DNA of 56,420 nt from an uncultured Anaerolineaceae bacterium (lineage in GTDB: Bacteria > Chloroflexota > Anaerolineae > JAAYZQ01). Position numbers and translations under genes: made by a program. The notes under the pieces were generated by a model. The model was not told where the DNA came from and made no database searches. It worked only from the letters and a program-made list of their open reading frames with translations. Below are positions 45,516-54,081 of this stretch, one piece after another. Each line of letters starts with the position of its first letter. Within the stretch, counting starts at the first letter, position 1. The stretch is from assembly GCA_964387775.1 (NCBI GenBank), contig CAYLZO010000003.1, forward strand, positions 1-56,420, in the 5' to 3' direction.

Positions 45516-46943
45516 TTACCGCGGCGGCCCCATCATCTCTCGGAGCTGGTCGATGCTCGACTCCTGGACCAGGACGACGACGTCGCCTTCCTCCAGCCCG
45601 GCCAGCACCTCGCTGTGCGTTTCGTCTCGCAGGCCGAGCTGGATCTCGACGGGCTGGACCTCGTTGCCAACGGCCACGTCCACAAAGGCGCGCCCCGTGC
45701 TGCGGTCGATGCTGATGAAGCGGTTGGGCACGAGCAGCACGTCTTCGCGCCGCTCGGTGACAATGTCCACGTTGGTCGTCATGCCCACGCGCAGCCGCGC
45801 GTCGGTCGGATCGAGCTGGACCGTCACCTTGTAGGTCACGATGCCCGCCTCGAACTGGGCGGTCTCGGCGATCTGGGACACCCGGCCGGTGAGCATCTCG
45901 TCCGGCAGCGCGTCGAGGGTCATCGTCACCGGCTGGCCGACGGCCACGCGGCCGATATCGATCTCGTCCACGCTAATGTCCACGTGGTGCTCGGACAGGT
46001 CGGTCAGGATAAAGGCCGGCTGCCCGCCACTCAACTCCCCCGCTTTGACGCCCACCAGCGTGATCGTCCCGTCGTGGGGCGCGCTGAGGGTCGTGCCCTC
46101 CAGTTGGCTCTGAGCCTGCTCCAAGGAGAGTTGGGCCTGGTCGGCCGCGATCTGGGCCTGCTCGACCCCCAGTTGGGCCACGAGCAGGTCCTCCTCCGAC
46201 GCGCCCTCTTGCAGCCGGGCCAGATTCGCCTCGGCCTGGACGATGGCCGACTGGGCCGAGGCCAGCTCGGCCTCGGAGGGCTCGCGCGTGGTCAGTTCGA
46301 AATTGGCCTTGGCGACCTCGTAAGCGATGCTCGCCTGCTGGAGTTGCAGGGCCTGGGGCAGCATGGCCACGTCGGGCCGGTCGGCCACCTGGTCGTAGGC
46401 CCGCTGCGCCTGTTCGAGGCTCGCTTCGGCCTGATCCAGGTTGGCCCGCGCCACCCGGATCTCCTCCGGGGTGGGGCCGGACACCAGCCGGCGGTAGGAG
46501 GTCCGCGCGCTGTCGACGGCGGCCTCGGCGGCGGCGATCTCGTACTCGGCGGGCTGGCGCAGGGCGCGCAGCAACTGGGCCTGGGCCGAGGCGAGGCCGA
46601 CCTGGGCCTGCCCGGCCGCCAACTCGGCCTGGGCGATGGAATACTCGATGTCCGTCGTCTCCAGCCGGGCCAGGATCGCGTCCTCGCGCACGAACTGTCC
46701 CTCTTGGACCAGCACCTCGGCCACGCGGCCCGGCGTCTTGAAACTCAGGGTCATTTGCTCTTCGGGCAGAATGGTACCTGTGGCGTTGACCAGGGCCAAC
46801 AGGCTGCCCCGCTCCACGACGACTTTTTCCCGGGGTGCCTGGGTATCCTCGGGCTGGGGGGCAAAGGTCTGATAGGCCCAGATCCCGGCCGTTGCGAGGA
46901 CGGCCAGGACGATGAGCGTGATCAGCGTTCTTCTCATGTACAT
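45516..46943 (-). CDS. HlyD/MacA-family periplasmic adaptor
   Basis: N-terminal TM helix, long coiled-coil hairpin (AQAELAAGQAQV...) and barrel-sandwich segments. Confidence 0.8.
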   Translation of the reverse strand: MYMRRTLITLIVLAVLATAGIWAYQTFAPQPEDTQAPREKVVVERGSLLALVNATGTILPEEQMTLSFKTPGRVAEVLVQEGQFVREDAILARLETTDIEYSIAQAELAAGQAQVGLASAQAQLLRALRQPAEYEIAAAEAAVDSARTSYRRLVSGPTPEEIRVARANLDQAEASLEQAQRAYDQVADRPDVAMLPQALQLQQASIAYEVAKANFELTTREPSEAELASAQSAIVQAEANLARLQEGASEEDLLVAQLGVEQAQIAADQAQLSLEQAQSQLEGTTLSAPHDGTITLVGVKAGELSGGQPAFILTDLSEHHVDISVDEIDIGRVAVGQPVTMTLDALPDEMLTGRVSQIAETAQFEAGIVTYKVTVQLDPTDARLRVGMTTNVDIVTERREDVLLVPNRFISIDRSTGRAFVDVAVGNEVQPVEIQLGLRDETHSEVLAGLEEGDVVVLVQESSIDQLREMMGPPR

Positions 46944-47177
46944 TTCTCCTGCGTCATCTACATCGAAGGGGAATCATCTGTCAGCAAAAACTTGCGTCAC
47001 AGCCCCTCTACGTTAAAAGCAGGCCCCGGTTGCGATGACCGGCGCCAGCCTCCCATGCTCAGAATAGTAACATAAGCGTCATCCCTTGTCAAAAAAAGTG
47101 GATTTGCTCACTCTGAATTGGAACTCGTGGGGCCTCTGCGTCGTCTATTAGGCGTAGACTTGAGAGAAGGAGAAATC

Positions 47178-48791
47178 GTGACCGTTTGTCGAAGGCAATC
47201 GAATCATTCCACGCGCCCCTCGTGGGATGACGGCAGGGGGGCGTTCTATCAGCCGGACGAGCCGCCGGCCCGCAGCAGGGCGGGCTACGCCGTGGCTTTC
47301 CTGCTGCTGCTGGCCGTCGTCGTGCTCTGCGGCGCGGGTTTCCTGATCGCGCGCCTCATCCTGCCCGATTCGTCCCCCATCGCCCTGCCCACCTTCTCGC
47401 CGTGGACGGCCACGGTGGCGCCGGGCAGCACCGACCTGCCGACCGTAGCCCTGGGCACGGCGGCGCCGGGCGATGCCTCGGTGAGTATCAACCCCGAGCA
47501 GGGTTACATCAACACCCTGGTGACGGTGATGGGCCAGGAATGGTGGCCGGGCGAGCCGGTGTTTATTTTCCTCCGCTCGCCAGCGGAGGGGGACGGCCGG
47601 GGCTATTCCTACGCCGCCGCCGTGGCCGACGACCAGGGCAACATGCGTACCGCCTTCACCTTTCCCAACGAGGTGCGCTGGATGGACCAGGAATGGGCCG
47701 AGGTCATCGCCCGGGGCAACCGCTCGGGCATGGAGGCCACCACCCGGTTCACCTTGATCGCGCCGACGCCCACCGACACCCTGCCGCCGCCCACGCCGCG
47801 CCCCACCCAGGCTGCCACCGACACGCCGCCACCGACCGACACCCCTCTCCCGACGGCCACACCGACGCCGGACGTCGTCATCACCGAGTGGCGGGGCGAG
47901 TACTTTGCCGGGCCGACGCCCGCCGGTGAGCCGGCCCTGGTCCGCAACGAGGTTTTCGTCGATTTTGACTGGGGCCAGGGCGCCCCGGCCGAGACGCTGC
48001 CTGCGGACCATTTCTCGGCCCGTTGGACTCGGCGGCTCCACTTCCGCGAGGGCGTCTATCTCTTTACGGCTGCCGCCGACGATGGCGTACGAGTCTGGGT
48101 CGATGGCCGGTTGGTGCTGGACGAGTGGCACGACGGCCCGCTGACGCCCTACAGCGTCGAGCTGGCTTTGTCGGAGGGCGACCATACCCTGCAAGTCGAA
48201 TACTACGAGAGCCTGGGCGCTGCCGCCATCCAATTCTCCTGGGAGCGCTACGAGGAGCCGACAGCCACGCCCTCGCCTTCGGCCACGCCGACGCTCACCC
48301 CCTCGCCGACGGCTACGCCCTCACCCTCTGCCACAGTCCCACCTTCGGCCACGCCGACGCCTGCCTGGACCCCGACCCCGCAGCCGACGCTGCCCGAGAC
48401 GTGGCAGGCCGAGTACTATGACAACCCGGCCCTTCGCGGAGCGCCGGTTTTGACCCGGCAAGACGCCGGGGTGAATTTCAACTGGGGCATGGGCTCGCCC
48501 GGCCCCGAGGTCCCGGCCGACGGCTTCTCGGCGCGCTGGACCCGCGAGATCTGGACCTCGACCGGCAGCTATCGTTTCGCCTTGCAGGCCGACGATGGTG
48601 TGCGTTTCTGGATCGACGGCATTCTCCTCGTGGACGAATGGCACCTGACCACGGGCGAGGTCTACGAAATCGAGATCGACCTGCCCGAGGGCGTCCACCG
48701 CCTCAAGATCGAGTATTACGACGAGATCCTCCTGGCCGCGATCCACTATTCGATGCAACAGCTATCGAATTCTTCCTTCCCGCGGCCATAG
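47178..48791 (+). CDS. Membrane-anchored protein with two PA14 domains and PT linkers
   Basis: GTG 47178 after GAAGGAG. Two copies of W[RQ][GA]EY[FY]...F[DN]WG...FSARWTR...DDGVR[VF]W[VI]DG. Confidence 0.7.
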   Translation: MTVCRRQSNHSTRPSWDDGRGAFYQPDEPPARSRAGYAVAFLLLLAVVVLCGAGFLIARLILPDSSPIALPTFSPWTATVAPGSTDLPTVALGTAAPGDASVSINPEQGYINTLVTVMGQEWWPGEPVFIFLRSPAEGDGRGYSYAAAVADDQGNMRTAFTFPNEVRWMDQEWAEVIARGNRSGMEATTRFTLIAPTPTDTLPPPTPRPTQAATDTPPPTDTPLPTATPTPDVVITEWRGEYFAGPTPAGEPALVRNEVFVDFDWGQGAPAETLPADHFSARWTRRLHFREGVYLFTAAADDGVRVWVDGRLVLDEWHDGPLTPYSVELALSEGDHTLQVEYYESLGAAAIQFSWERYEEPTATPSPSATPTLTPSPTATPSPSATVPPSATPTPAWTPTPQPTLPETWQAEYYDNPALRGAPVLTRQDAGVNFNWGMGSPGPEVPADGFSARWTREIWTSTGSYRFALQADDGVRFWIDGILLVDEWHLTTGEVYEIEIDLPEGVHRLKIEYYDEILLAAIHYSMQQLSNSSFPRP

Positions 48792-48816
48792 GCCCTGCGT
48801 TCGAGGCTGGGTATTT

Positions 48817-48845
48817 TTGGCAAGGGACCCAAGCCGTGCTATAAT
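48817..48845 (+). promoter_or_regulatory. Promoter of leaderless acyP (TTGGCA-17-TGcTATAAT)
   Basis: The -10 box ends 7 nt before ATG 48853. No RBS is possible. Confidence 0.6.
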
Positions 48846-48852
48846 CGGGACC

Positions 48853-49155
48853 ATGAGTGACCAACAGCAAGGAAAAGACAAAACAGCGCGGTTGGAGGCG
48901 ACCCTCCACGGCCGCGTGCAGGGCGTCAGCTTTCGCTACTACACCCGCAAGCAGGCCAACGAATTGGGGCTGACCGGCTACGTGCAGAACATGCCCGATG
49001 GCACCGTGGGCGTGGTTGCCGAGGGCCCGCGCCCCGATCTGGACGAGCTGCTTTCCTTTTTGCGCGTCGGACCTCGGGCCGCCCACGTGACCGACGTGGA
49101 CGTCCAGTGGCCGGCGCCCACGGGCGAGTTCGACCGATTTACGGTGCGTTACTAG
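48853..49155 (+). CDS. acyP: Acylphosphatase
   Basis: [12 protein letters not shown]...GYVQN..DGTV signature. 100 aa. Confidence 0.85.
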   Translation: MSDQQQGKDKTARLEATLHGRVQGVSFRYYTRKQANELGLTGYVQNMPDGTVGVVAEGPRPDLDELLSFLRVGPRAAHVTDVDVQWPAPTGEFDRFTVRY

Positions 49156-50370
49156 ATGAAACGCAAACCGGAGCGGGTGGCCTGGACCGTCCTCTCGCTG
49201 GCTTTTGTGGTCTTTTGTGCCCTGGCCGCCGGCATTCCCTTGAGCGGACGGGCCTACGTCCTGAATGCCACCGAAGCCCAGGATGCCCAGATGCAGGTCA
49301 TCGAGGGCACGGTGCTCGTGCGCAAGCCCAATGGCGCGGAGCCCATCGGCGTCACCCAGTCGGCGTCCTTGTCGCCGGGCGCCGAGGTCATCACCGACGA
49401 TACGTCGTGGGCCACGTTGGACCTCTTTGACCGCAGCCACGTCATCCTCTATAGCGATACGAACGTCGAATTGCAGCAATCCCACCTCCGCCGCTTCGAC
49501 CTGAGCGACCGCCCCAACCAGATCACGCTGAATGTGACCGGCGGCCTGGTGCGGGTCGGCGTCGCCCTGCCCCGCGAGCGGGCGACCGATTTCCACGTCG
49601 TGACGCCCCACACCGTCGTCTCCCTGGAAGAGGGCAGCTATCGCATCCTGGTCAACAACCAGGGCACCGAGGTGACCGTGGCCCGGGGGCGGGCCATCGT
49701 GGGGCGAGGCACTGAACGGCTGGCCGTATCCCAGGGAGAACGCACGCTGACCGGGCTCGACGGCTTGCCGTCGGAGGCCATGCCCGCCGCCCAGAACCTC
49801 GTCGAAAACGGCGACTTTCAGGAGCCGCTGGGCACAGCCTGGCTGACCAGGACCGTGGTGCTCAGCCCCTCCGTCACCCCACCCCAGGCCGAGATCGTCG
49901 AAGAGGGCGGGCGTCGAGCCGTGCGCCTCTTCCGCCGTGAGGAGGATCAGGGCAATCACACCGAGATCGCCATCGAACAGCGGCTCGACAGGGACGTGCG
50001 CGACTTTGTACGGCTCGGGATCTCGCTGGACGTGCGCCTCGACTTTCAGAGCCTGTCCGGCGGGGGGCTGCTGAGCTCCGAGTTCCCCATCATCGTCCGC
50101 CTGGACTACAAGGACCGCTGGGGCAGCGACAAATTCTGGACCCACGGCTTTTACTACCAGAACCAGGCCGGCTATCCCGTCGCGCCGGACCCCTGGGGGC
50201 AGCCCAGCGGCGAGCAGATCGCCCGGGGGGTGTGGTATCCCTACGAATCGGGCAATTTGCTAGACCTGCTGGGGGATAACAAGCCGGCGCACATCACCGG
50301 GCTGACCATCTATGCCTCGGGCTGGAACTATGACGGCCTGGTCTCCGAGGTGCAGCTCGTCGTCGAGTAA
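49156..50370 (+). CDS. Membrane-anchored FecR-domain-like protein
   Basis: The start abuts the acyP stop. N-terminal TM helix and FecR-like beta segment (GTVLVRKPNG...LSPGAEVITD...ATLDLFD). Confidence 0.45.
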   Translation: MKRKPERVAWTVLSLAFVVFCALAAGIPLSGRAYVLNATEAQDAQMQVIEGTVLVRKPNGAEPIGVTQSASLSPGAEVITDDTSWATLDLFDRSHVILYSDTNVELQQSHLRRFDLSDRPNQITLNVTGGLVRVGVALPRERATDFHVVTPHTVVSLEEGSYRILVNNQGTEVTVARGRAIVGRGTERLAVSQGERTLTGLDGLPSEAMPAAQNLVENGDFQEPLGTAWLTRTVVLSPSVTPPQAEIVEEGGRRAVRLFRREEDQGNHTEIAIEQRLDRDVRDFVRLGISLDVRLDFQSLSGGGLLSSEFPIIVRLDYKDRWGSDKFWTHGFYYQNQAGYPVAPDPWGQPSGEQIARGVWYPYESGNLLDLLGDNKPAHITGLTIYASGWNYDGLVSEVQLVVE

Positions 50371-50390
50371 GGGCGAGGCATCCCAGAGAA

Positions 50391-50421
50391 CCGGTTTGTG
50401 AGCGGAAGGCTCACGAACCGG
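50391..50421. terminator. Bidirectional terminator hairpin with GGAAG loop
   Basis: ccggtttgtgagc ggaag gctcacgaaccgg (one G-U pair). Confidence 0.65.
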
Positions 50422-50986
50422 ACGAAATCATTGCTGTGCATCCGTTTTGTTGGGAATGCCTCGCCTCTCGCAGTTGAGCCTTGTAGCGCTCGCGGATCTC
50501 GCCGAACATCTGGCAATAGCGCTCGCTGCCATAGTCGGGATAGGTCCAGGGCCAGGGGCGGTAGCGGCCCTGTTGGAAGGTCAGCGTCACCTCGCCGTAG
50601 ACGCCCTGGGCCAGGTAGAGGCGGTGGCCGTGGTTCTTGGTCGAGGCCAGCACCAGCTTGACCAACGAGACGTAGCCGGGGTCCACGTTCACGCGACGCT
50701 TCCCTTCGGCGGCCAGCGACCTTTCCAGTTCGTTGGCCTGGCACTTGATGCCCGGTAGATCGCCCGGGCTCACCAGGCGCTCAAAGGTCACGATCTGGCG
50801 CTGGAGCCCCGGCCCGAACTCGGGCGCGTAATAGTCGGTGTGGTCGAAGGGCAGCAGTTCGCTCTCAAAGTCGATAGGGCCAAAGAGGCGCGCCAGCGTG
50901 GCCCTGACCGGGGGCAGCAGGTCGAGGTGCCCCGTCAGCAGGCTGGCGATGAGTTTGACCGGCTGTGGTTCGCGTGCGGTTCCCAT
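50411..50986 (-). CDS. DUF4416-family protein
   Basis: PVKLIASLL...FGPIDFES...FDHTDYYAPEFG...NVDPGYV...LVLASTKNHGHRLYL...WTYPDY fits my recollection of the DUF4416 profile. Confidence 0.55.
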   Translation of the reverse strand: MGTAREPQPVKLIASLLTGHLDLLPPVRATLARLFGPIDFESELLPFDHTDYYAPEFGPGLQRQIVTFERLVSPGDLPGIKCQANELERSLAAEGKRRVNVDPGYVSLVKLVLASTKNHGHRLYLAQGVYGEVTLTFQQGRYRPWPWTYPDYGSERYCQMFGEIRERYKAQLREARHSQQNGCTAMISSGS

Positions 50987-51075
50987 GGCTCCACTCCTTT
51001 CCAGCGCATGATACCCGCAAGGCCCCGTTCTGTCAAACTCTGATTCGAGACCTTTAGAACGATGGGCTCAAAGTC

Positions 51076-51104
51076 TTGACAATAAGGGTGAATTGGGGTA
51101 CGAT
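51076..51104 (+). promoter_or_regulatory. Promoter (TTGACA-17-TACGAT)
   Basis: Consensus -35 with exact 17-nt spacing. Confidence 0.6.
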
Positions 51105-51158
51105 ATCTTTACCAGCCAGTTTGGCTGGACACGCTTCCACATAGAGGGAGATTCGGCC

Positions 51159-52118
51159 ATGCGCGTGATAGGTCGAAATGCGGTACTCGTCAGTATTGTC
51201 TTTCTCCTGGCTCTGTCCTTCGGAGCGCAGCCGGTGCAGGCCCAGGCCCACGTCGTCCAACGGGGCGAGACGCTGTCGTCCATCGCCGCCCGCTACGGCA
51301 CCACGCCCCAGGCCCTTGCCAGCGCCAATGGGCTGGCCAACGCCAACTACATCTATGCCGGGCAGCGGCTGGCCATCCCCGGCGGGGGCGGCGGCGGCAC
51401 CTACACCGTCGGGCCCGGCGACACGCTGGCTGCCATCGCGGCGCGGCACGGCACGACGGTCAACGCCCTGGTGCAGGCCAACGGCCTGGCCAATGCCAAC
51501 TACATTTACGCCGGCCAGAAGCTGCGCATCCCCGGCGGGGGCAGCAACAGCAGCGGCTCGGTCCACGTGGTGCAGCGAGGCGACACGCTGGCCGCCATCG
51601 CCTATCGCTACGGCACGACGGCCTGGGCCATCGCCAACGTCAACGGGCTGGCCAACCCCAATCGGATTTACGCCGGCCAGAAGCTGCGCATCCCGGCCGG
51701 CGGCGGGGCGGCGCCCGCCCCGGCATCGCCAGGCGGCGGCGGCAAGCGCATCGTCATCGACCTGTCGGACCAGCGCATGTACGTCTACCAGGGCGGGCAG
51801 TTGCTCTGGAACTGGACGGTCTCGACGGGGCGGCCGGGTCAAGAGACGGCCGTGGGCCACTACAAGGTGCTCAACAAGATCCCCAACGCCTACGCCTACA
51901 CCTGGAGCCTGCAAATGCCCTATTGGCTGGGCATCTATTGGGCCGGCAGTTTGCAGAACGGCATCCACGCCCTGCCCATCCAGGCCAACGGCCAGCGACT
52001 GTGGGACGGCTACCTGGGCCAGCGGGTGTCCTACGGCTGCGTGATTCTCGGCACCGAGCAGGCCAAGGCGCTCTACAATTGGGCGCCGGTGGGCACGCCG
52101 GTAGACGTCGTTTGGTAA
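51159..52118 (+). CDS. Secreted 3x LysM + YkuD L,D-transpeptidase
   Basis: Three HVVQRGETL/YTVGPGDTL LysM repeats. YkuD catalytic region GIHALP...SYGCVIL. Confidence 0.85.
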   Translation: MRVIGRNAVLVSIVFLLALSFGAQPVQAQAHVVQRGETLSSIAARYGTTPQALASANGLANANYIYAGQRLAIPGGGGGGTYTVGPGDTLAAIAARHGTTVNALVQANGLANANYIYAGQKLRIPGGGSNSSGSVHVVQRGDTLAAIAYRYGTTAWAIANVNGLANPNRIYAGQKLRIPAGGGAAPAPASPGGGGKRIVIDLSDQRMYVYQGGQLLWNWTVSTGRPGQETAVGHYKVLNKIPNAYAYTWSLQMPYWLGIYWAGSLQNGIHALPIQANGQRLWDGYLGQRVSYGCVILGTEQAKALYNWAPVGTPVDVVW

Positions 52119-52119
52119 G

Positions 52120-52194
52120 ACGTATTCCGTATAGCGTAAAGCGTAAAGCGTAAAACGTAAAGCGCAAGACCATTACGTTTTACGCTTTACGCTT
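52120..52194 (+). repeat. Heptamer-phased hairpin/terminator (gcgtaaa-type x7 / tacgctt-type x3)
   Basis: acgtatt ccgtata gcgtaaa gcgtaaa gcgtaaa acgtaaa gcgcaag accat tacgttt tacgctt tacgctt, followed by a T run. Confidence 0.85.
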
Positions 52195-52210
52195 TTTCAG
52201 GGAGATCATC

Positions 52211-53401
52211 ATGTCCATCGAAGTAGACGCGGAAGCAGGAACTGCCCCGGCGGACCCCTTCCAGACCGGCGACGTGACGACCATCAGCGCCGGGCACGCG
52301 GTCCACGACACGTACACGGCCTTCCTGTCGCCCCTGTTGCCCGCTTTTATCGAGAACCTATCTTTGTCCAACACCGAGGCCGGGGTGCTGACGGTCTTTA
52401 ACCAGGCACCGTCGCTGCTCCAGCCCCTCATCGGCCACCTGGCCGACCGGGTGAGCCTGCGCTACGCCGTCATCCTGGCGCCGGGCGTGACGGCCACGGC
52501 CATGAGCCTGCTGGGCATCGCGCCGGCCTACGCCGTGCTGGCCCTGCTGCTGACCGTGACCGGTCTCAGCTCGGCCACGCTCCACTCGGTGGCGCCGGTG
52601 ATGGCCGGGCGGCTCTCGGGCCGCAACCTGGGCCGGGGCATGGGCTTTTGGATGGTCGGCGGCGAGTTGGGGCGCACGCTGGGGCCGCTGGTCATCGCCG
52701 CCTATTTCCTGGTCAAGCCCGACAGCCTGGCCAGCCTGCCCCTGCTGATGATCGGTGGTTGGCTGGCCACGGCGCTGCTCTTTGTCCGGCTGCGCGACGT
52801 GCGGGTCCGCCCGCCCGGCGCCGGCGAGGGGCTGCCCTGGCGGCAGGCCCTGGGCGTGATGGGCCCCTTCCTGGTGCCGCTGGTGGGCATCATCGTCGTG
52901 CGCTCCTTCATGTCGGCGGCGCTGACCACCTATCTGCCCGTCTTTCTCACCGCCGAGGGCGCCGAGCTCTGGTTCGCGGGCATCAGCCTCTCGGTGCTGG
53001 AGGCCGCGGGCGTGGTCGGCGCGCTGCTGGGCGGCTCTCTGAGCGACCGGCTGGGCCGGCGGACCATGCTGCTACTCTCGCTGCTCACCACGCCGCCTCT
53101 GATGCTGGCCTTTCTGGCCGTAGATGGCTGGGTGCGCTTCCTGCTGTTGCTGGGCCTGGGCCTCTCGGCGCTGTCGGTCACGCCCGTGCTCATGGCCCTG
53201 GTACAGGAGAGCTTTCCCCAGAACCGGGCGCTGGCCAACGGCGTCTATATGGCGCTGAGCTTCCTGATCCGCTCCGGCGTGGTCGTGGTGGTCGGCGGCA
53301 TGGGCGACCTGTGGGGATTGCGGCTGGCCTTTGGCGTCAGCGCCGTGATTCCGCTGCTGGGCTTGCCCTTCCTGCGGCTGCTCCCGGCGCGGCGGCGCTG
53401 A
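52211..53401 (+). CDS. MFS transporter
   Basis: 12 predicted TM helices. Loop 2-3 motif GHLADRVSLR. Confidence 0.8.
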   Translation: MSIEVDAEAGTAPADPFQTGDVTTISAGHAVHDTYTAFLSPLLPAFIENLSLSNTEAGVLTVFNQAPSLLQPLIGHLADRVSLRYAVILAPGVTATAMSLLGIAPAYAVLALLLTVTGLSSATLHSVAPVMAGRLSGRNLGRGMGFWMVGGELGRTLGPLVIAAYFLVKPDSLASLPLLMIGGWLATALLFVRLRDVRVRPPGAGEGLPWRQALGVMGPFLVPLVGIIVVRSFMSAALTTYLPVFLTAEGAELWFAGISLSVLEAAGVVGALLGGSLSDRLGRRTMLLLSLLTTPPLMLAFLAVDGWVRFLLLLGLGLSALSVTPVLMALVQESFPQNRALANGVYMALSFLIRSGVVVVVGGMGDLWGLRLAFGVSAVIPLLGLPFLRLLPARRR

Positions 53402-53416
53402 GTTAGCGGATGGTGT

Positions 53417-53445
53417 TTGATGGGTTGGGTGGGGTATGGTATAAT
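53417..53445 (+). promoter_or_regulatory. Promoter (TTGATG-17-TGgTATAAT)
   Basis: Hexamers at 53417-53422 and 53440-53445. Confidence 0.5.
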
Positions 53446-53603
53446 GGCTGCGCAGCGCAAAGGAGTCGAAATTTTGGCTTGGACCGGTGGCCCTGGCCCG
53501 AAATCTTGGCTTTAGCGCCAAGGAACTGCGCAGGATCGAACGGATATTGGCAGAGCACAAAGAGGAATTGCTGGAGGCATGGTATGCACATTTCGGAGCT
53601 TAG
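53445..53603 (+). pseudogene. N-terminally truncated DUF4160-like gene remnant
   Basis: Frame reads ...SKFWLGPVALARNLGFSAKELRRIERILAEHKEELLEAWYAHFGA*. It lacks the N-terminal ~35 aa and any start codon with an RBS. Confidence 0.5.
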
Positions 53604-53859
53604 ACCCGGCGAAAAGGTAAAGCACGTGTTTTTCTCCAAAGACACTTTGGGTGTCGATCTGCTGGACGGCCGCACGATCATAGTTCCACCAGTCTGGTAT
53701 CCCAGGCTTCTGCACGCCACGCCGGAGCAGCGGACTAACTGGCAGATATGTGGGGGCGGCTATGGCATCCACTGGCCAGACATCGACGAAGACTTGAGCA
53801 CAGAGGGCTTGCTGCGTGGTGCGCCCGCGTCCCGCCAATCCGTGCCAGTTCCGGCGTGA
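53584..53859 (+). CDS. DUF2442-family protein
   Basis: VFFSKDTLGVDLLDGRTIIVPPVWYPRLLHATPEQRTNWQICGGGYGIHWPDIDEDLSTEGLL. Overlaps the DUF4160 remnant, as in canonical pairs. Confidence 0.65.
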   Translation: MHISELRPGEKVKHVFFSKDTLGVDLLDGRTIIVPPVWYPRLLHATPEQRTNWQICGGGYGIHWPDIDEDLSTEGLLRGAPASRQSVPVPA

Positions 53860-54081
53860 TGCACCGAGATAACTCGTAAGAGGACCGTGTGACAGAAAAG
53901 AGTTCTGGCAGCCAACAGGAAACAGTGTACCTGAGCACAGCCCAGGCTGCAAGATGGTTGAGGGGTGGATTACCGAACTGGAAGCACAGCTCTCCGGGCC
54001 ATAAGGCGCTCTGCCCACGACCCCAGCCTTGACCTTCGCAAGGCTTGACATCTGGGCAATTCGCTGTCTTGGGGGTGAAGA

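Noticed and set aside
53889-54032. A 47-codon GTG ORF with an excisionase/HTH-like TVYLSTAQAARWL string.
   Set aside because: It is too short, and it diverges after the first helix from what an HTH would need. It is kept only as supporting context for a decayed islet, not annotated as a gene.
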